Source: Octopus vulgaris (Eukaryota). Taken from it: a DNA stretch of 64,000 nucleotides. The position numbers and the translations under genes were made by a program. The first letter of the stretch is position 1, and each line of letters opens with the position of its first letter. The notes below the pieces were generated by a model. It made no database searches, had not been told where the DNA came from, and worked only from the letters and a program-made list of their open reading frames with translations. Where the stretch lies: assembly GCA_951406725.2 (NCBI GenBank), contig OX597822.1, forward strand, positions 33,108,001 to 33,172,000, given 5' to 3'. Positions 58,968-64,000 of this stretch are shown here, piece after piece.

Positions 58968-59125
58968 GATACATACATACATTCATACATACATATATAT
59001 GTGTGTATGTGTGTGTATCTGTGTGTACGCACACACATACATACATATATACATATGATATATATATATATACACATGTGTGTATATTATATATATGATA
59101 TATACATATACACAAGAAAGTATAC

Positions 59126-59176
<51 letters not shown>

Positions 59177-59346
59177 CATATATTTATGTGTATATATATA
59201 TATATATATATAGGGATGAGAGAGAAAGATAGATATGTGTATATACATACACATACATATATACATACATACATACATACATACATACATACATACATAC
59301 ATAGCATGCACACACACATATGATATATATATACACACACACACAT

Positions 59347-59379
<33 letters not shown>

Positions 59380-61209
59380 CGTGTATATATGTATATGTGC
59401 GTGTGTGTATGTATGTATATAAATTGGCATTAAATATTATTTCTGCACATTATTCTAATGTATTTATTACATAAACCTTTCATATATCTGTCATACAGTC
59501 ACATCGTATACAATACATCACGAACGTTGATACAGTACATTTGAATAAAAGAGGATGTCAAGTAACTTAACGAGTGTCACGAAACGATGTAAAAAGTGAT
59601 TATTAATGGTGCAAATTACCTCTCAAGTTTCTAACCTGGTTACTGTTACACTTGAGATGTATGAAATCACCTAAAGACAATAAATCATTTACAATTGCCA
59701 AAACTAAATTATGGCAACAAGCGGACATTCTCAACGGCTAAAGTGAATGTTAAAAGCAACAACGAAAGATAATAGCATTAAAAGTAGGCACGTTATGTGT
59801 GGTGCTAATATTGGATGGAGAACGGAAAGACACGATATATTGCTTGTGTAAACACTTTTAAGCGTTTCATATTCTCTTGTCTTCTTTGAATTCATGTGAT
59901 GTCTTCTTAGGATCATTCTCATTCTTTTCTCATCAATATATATCCTTTTCCACAGCAATTGTTTGCTTTTTTTCTTTGTTATTCGAAAATAAAATATTAC
60001 GGTATTTAATGGTTGACATTTTGCTGTTTAATTCTCAATGATGGGAAGATAGGAGAATCGATAAAGCATCGGAAAAATGGTTTCCCTGTAGTTGTTCCTG
60101 GTCACCGAGCTCTAATTTCAAACTCCGCCGTGGACAGTTTTATCATTCATTCTTTAGGTTTCGATCAAAATCAGTCAAACCAAGATAGGGGAGTGCGTTA
60201 ACTGAATTATAAGAACGACAGTTCTAATGCCTTATGAATGGATTTTAAAGAGGAAAACAAAAAGAAGCTCATCGTATAGAATGGCCGCAGTCTAATAACT
60301 GAAAGAAATGTGTGTTTGCGCGTCACTGCCGCTTGGCCACTCGTATCGATATGTTAATGACCATATAACTTAGTAGTTCAGAAAAAGAGAGCGACAGGCT
60401 TCAAAAATAAGTAGTGATATCAATTCATTCGATTGGAATTCTTCAAAGCGGTACTCCAGAATGCCCGCAGTCTAGTAACTGAAAGAAATAAAAGAGAAGA
60501 TATATATCTATTTATATATATATATAATTGAGTAGTTGAATGAATTATCTTATTATGGATAATTCGGTTAACCGATATCTGGGTAGCAAATTCACATCAG
60601 AAAAACACGGTTGAAGCTACATGCCTAGGGCAAAGATCACGTACTATCGTGTGGAAATTTGTGTGTTTTTTTAATTACAAATAAATGAAAGAATGGAGTT
60701 GAACGACGAATTAATAAAGTTCCTTTATTTTCGACATATGTTTCGAAGGCTGCATATTCCTATTTTCGAAGGAATAAGGGGTGCATTATGCCGCCTTCTC
60801 ATCAGGAAAAACAAGGAACTTATGTCAGCATCAAGATGCACAAAAACTTTTAGATTACTGCCCACACGTAGCCCATAGCGATAATGAGTGTTTCTTTAAA
60901 ATATTCCGTTATAAGCAGTGACGTCAAAAATGGTTGAATGTAGAAGATTCTAGAAGGAATCTAGAAGGATTCTATATATTTATATATATATATAATTATA
61001 AGTAATGGAGATATTATTATCAAAAAATAAAAGCATTGAAGGCAATCAAGCTTACGAAATCGCGTATATGCTTCATCATTTGAGATTATCCTTCGCCTTA
61101 TTTCTATTCGTTTCCCGATATCGTAATCTTGTTTACTTTCAATGCTTATGGATACCTGAGTCGATTACGATGCCTCTTTCTTGCAAAACTGTGCTATCTA
61201 GCACACTCA

Positions 61210-61244
<35 letters not shown>

Positions 61245-61441
61245 CTCTTTTATTTGTTCCAATCATTTGATAGCGGCCATGCTGGAGCATCACCTTTACT
61301 CGGACTCTTCGACTCCAAGACTGATTCGTTTAAAGCTTAGTACTTATTCTATCGTTCTTCTGACGTACCACTAAGTTATGGAGCGTAAGCACACTAGCAT
61401 TGGTTCTGAAGCGATGGTTGGGGGACACACAGAGACACATT

Positions 61442-61493
<52 letters not shown>

Positions 61494-61787
61494 GCAAGCA
61501 TAACTGTGGTTAAAGTGTTTCCTTCCTAACCATGTGGTTTCAGGTTCAGTTACACTGTGCGGCATCTTGGGCAGCAGGTGTCTTCTACTTGGCCTTTGGC
61601 TTACCAATGGCTTAAAAGTGGATTTTGCTCTTGGAAACTAAAAGAAACCTGTCGTATATGTGTGCACGCATGTTTTTCATTCTCTTGGTGACATTGCGCT
61701 ATAGTTATAAACCAATGCACCGTCGTACAAATGGTACCATGCATTTCGAATTTCTGTGAAAACATGTCCCAGCAGACAGGAGTATTG

Positions 61788-61998
61788 GCTTCGAATTTTG
61801 GCACAAGGCCAGCAATTTCGGAGGTGTGGGTAAGTCGATTACATCGACCCCAGTACTCAACTGATACTTTTTTATCGACCTTGAAGTGATGAAAAAGAAA
61901 GTCGACCTCGGCGGAATTTGAACTCGGAACGAAAAAACAGACGAAATGACGCTAAGTATTTTGCCAGGCGTGCTAACGACTCTTCCTGCTCGCTGCCA
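61788..61998 (-). mobile_element. SINE (aaggcggcgagc family)
   Basis: Reverse-complement homology to 24131-24300. Other decayed copies at ~3790-3985, 7620-7790(-), 13400-13565(-). Confidence 0.7.
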
Positions 61999-62706
61999 TA
62001 CTAGAAAAATAATACCTTGCATGGACACACACGAACGCGCGCGCGCATGCATGCATGCACGCACACACATATACATTGACATTCGCGCTTGCACACATAC
62101 ACAAACTCACAGATTGAAACTCACATGACATGCATCAGCTTGTTTGCAACTTGCCTGAGACGAATTAGTACGATGTACTATAAGGGCAACAATTCACCTC
62201 AGGTAAATGACTATTCAACATTGTCCTATGGGTCATTACCGCGTCAACGAGTTAAACGTCTGATACAATTATACGTGACAGACTGGACATCCGTACATTT
62301 ATAATCAGCATACAAAAGCCGGATGACTACGATAGCATTCACAAAGGCTTTGAGATGCCGAGTAATTGTACATTCCTCGCTATTAATTTAAATCCCGATA
62401 GAATATAAGGATAATGTTCATCTTGTTATATGTAATATTGGATTGCTGCATCTGTAAAGTAAATGACAACGAGACAAGAAGAATAGGAACTGGGAATATA
62501 CCATAAAAGAACAAATGATATGAGAAATGTTAAACGTTGCAGGCAGGTTCTTCCATAGTAAATATTGGCCTGAAGATATGCCAGACAATATATATCATTA
62601 TATAATTTGTAAGCGCGGAAGGGGAGAATGTTGATGTCTTTCTTAAATAAGCAACATCTATAAACCTCAAATGAATAATAATAACAATAATAATGACGAC
62701 GACGAC

Positions 62707-62753
<47 letters not shown>

Positions 62754-63225
62754 ATTAGATGTAGAAGCTCAAATGGGTACAAAAGTCTACGAAATAATAT
62801 TAAACAGATCGGGTTGGTTTATAAAGAGACTTGGGGAAGAGCGGAATCCTTGTATAAATACGAGAAGAGCGTGAAAGACGATATACAATACATTATTGGA
62901 GAATTTAAAATATGAAGCGCAAAATATGAAGCTGTGGTGCATTGTGTGTGCTGGCCCCTATACTGCACACAAATTGTGACACAGGTTTCGTTCGTGCAGC
63001 ATAACAGTTCATATCGAGTGTCTTTGTGTTCGAACAATGAGGATAACTACTCATTGTTCATAGTCATTCTTCACCTAGTGTATGTGCAGGTACACGGTTG
63101 TCAAAAATGTTTTATAATACTGTTGGAGTGCTATTGTTTTCGTTCTGAACCATTTACTTTGTTCATTAATATAATTTTCCCTGTTTGCATTTTATACTGT
63201 TTGAAGGATGTTTTGCTAAGTTTAC

Positions 63226-63397
63226 AGGCGTTGAAGTGGCTGTGTCGGTAAGTAGCTTGCTTGCGAACTACATGGTTCTGGGTTCAGTCCCCTGCGTGGC
63301 ACCTTGGGCAAGTGTCTTCTATTATAGCCTCGGGCCGACCAAAGCCTTGTGAGTGGATTTGGTAGACGGGAACTGAAAGAAGCCCGTCGTATATATG

Positions 63398-63483
<86 letters not shown>

Positions 63484-63680
63484 TGTGTCTGCATCCCCCC
63501 AACATCGCTTGACAACCGATGCTGGTGTGTTTACATCCCCGTAACTTAGCGGTTCGGCAAAAGAGACCGATAGTACTAGACTTACAAAGAATACTTCCTG
63601 GGGTCGATTTGCTCGACTAAAGCTGGTGCTCCAGCATGGCCACAGTCAAATGACTGAAACAAGTAAAAGAATAAAAGAGT
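63226..63680 (+). mobile_element. tRNA-derived SINE family B (CORE-like ccttgggcaagt) with internal microsatellite
   Basis: gtggctgtgtcggtaagtagcttgc..gggttcagtccc..ccttgggcaagtgtcttct..tgactgaaacaagtaaaag. Partial homologues at 24737-25110, 21395-21740(-), 46270-46390(-), 56110-56240(-), 61240-61660, 7990-8170. Confidence 0.8.
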
Positions 63681-64000
63681 AATATTTGACGAGTCTGAGA
63701 TGTTTTGAGGGGTTTTTTCATCTGGTTTAGCATTGCATGCAAAATAAAAGTGAAAATATTTCTAAAACCGACCATGCTAACGAATCCCAGAAAGGGGTAC
63801 ACTTTCCGGAATGTTTAATTCACTAAAAGTTCTTGTTTGAAATAAAATGAAAAATTAAAATTACTTCTTTTTGTCCGTTATCCTGGGGAAACATCGAAAC
63901 AACTCAGAGCAAGATGATTTTGTTCATGTCTGACGAGATGTCAGGGATAATAAATAATAATAATAACAATGATAATGGTTTTAAATTTTGGTACAAGGCC

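Overview
AT-rich, microsatellite-saturated animal DNA with no recognisable host exon. The tRNA-derived SINE families and (TA)n/(TG)n density suggest an octopus/cephalopod genome (inference). The main feature is a very young ~9 kb Penelope-like element (PLE) locus at 34425-43493: an intact 1308-aa RT + C-terminal GIY-YIG ORF, plus tandem and inverted near-identical partial copies, inserted in (TA)n. Each terminal repeat carries a variant hammerhead-like motif. About nine further type I hammerhead ribozyme (HHR) motifs lie elsewhere, mostly in short non-coding elements between (TA)n tracts with PLE-like inverted/tandem ends, suggesting non-autonomous retrozyme-like or PLE-derived families. Three of these (1041, 1718, 48825) have canonical cores. 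Also present: a TSD-flanked U6 snRNA/SINE chimeric retrocopy, two decayed Tc1/mariner elements, a non-autonomous Helitron, a TTAA (piggyBac-type) MITE, and many LINE and SINE fragments. Nearly all short ORFs in the track are microsatellite artefacts.
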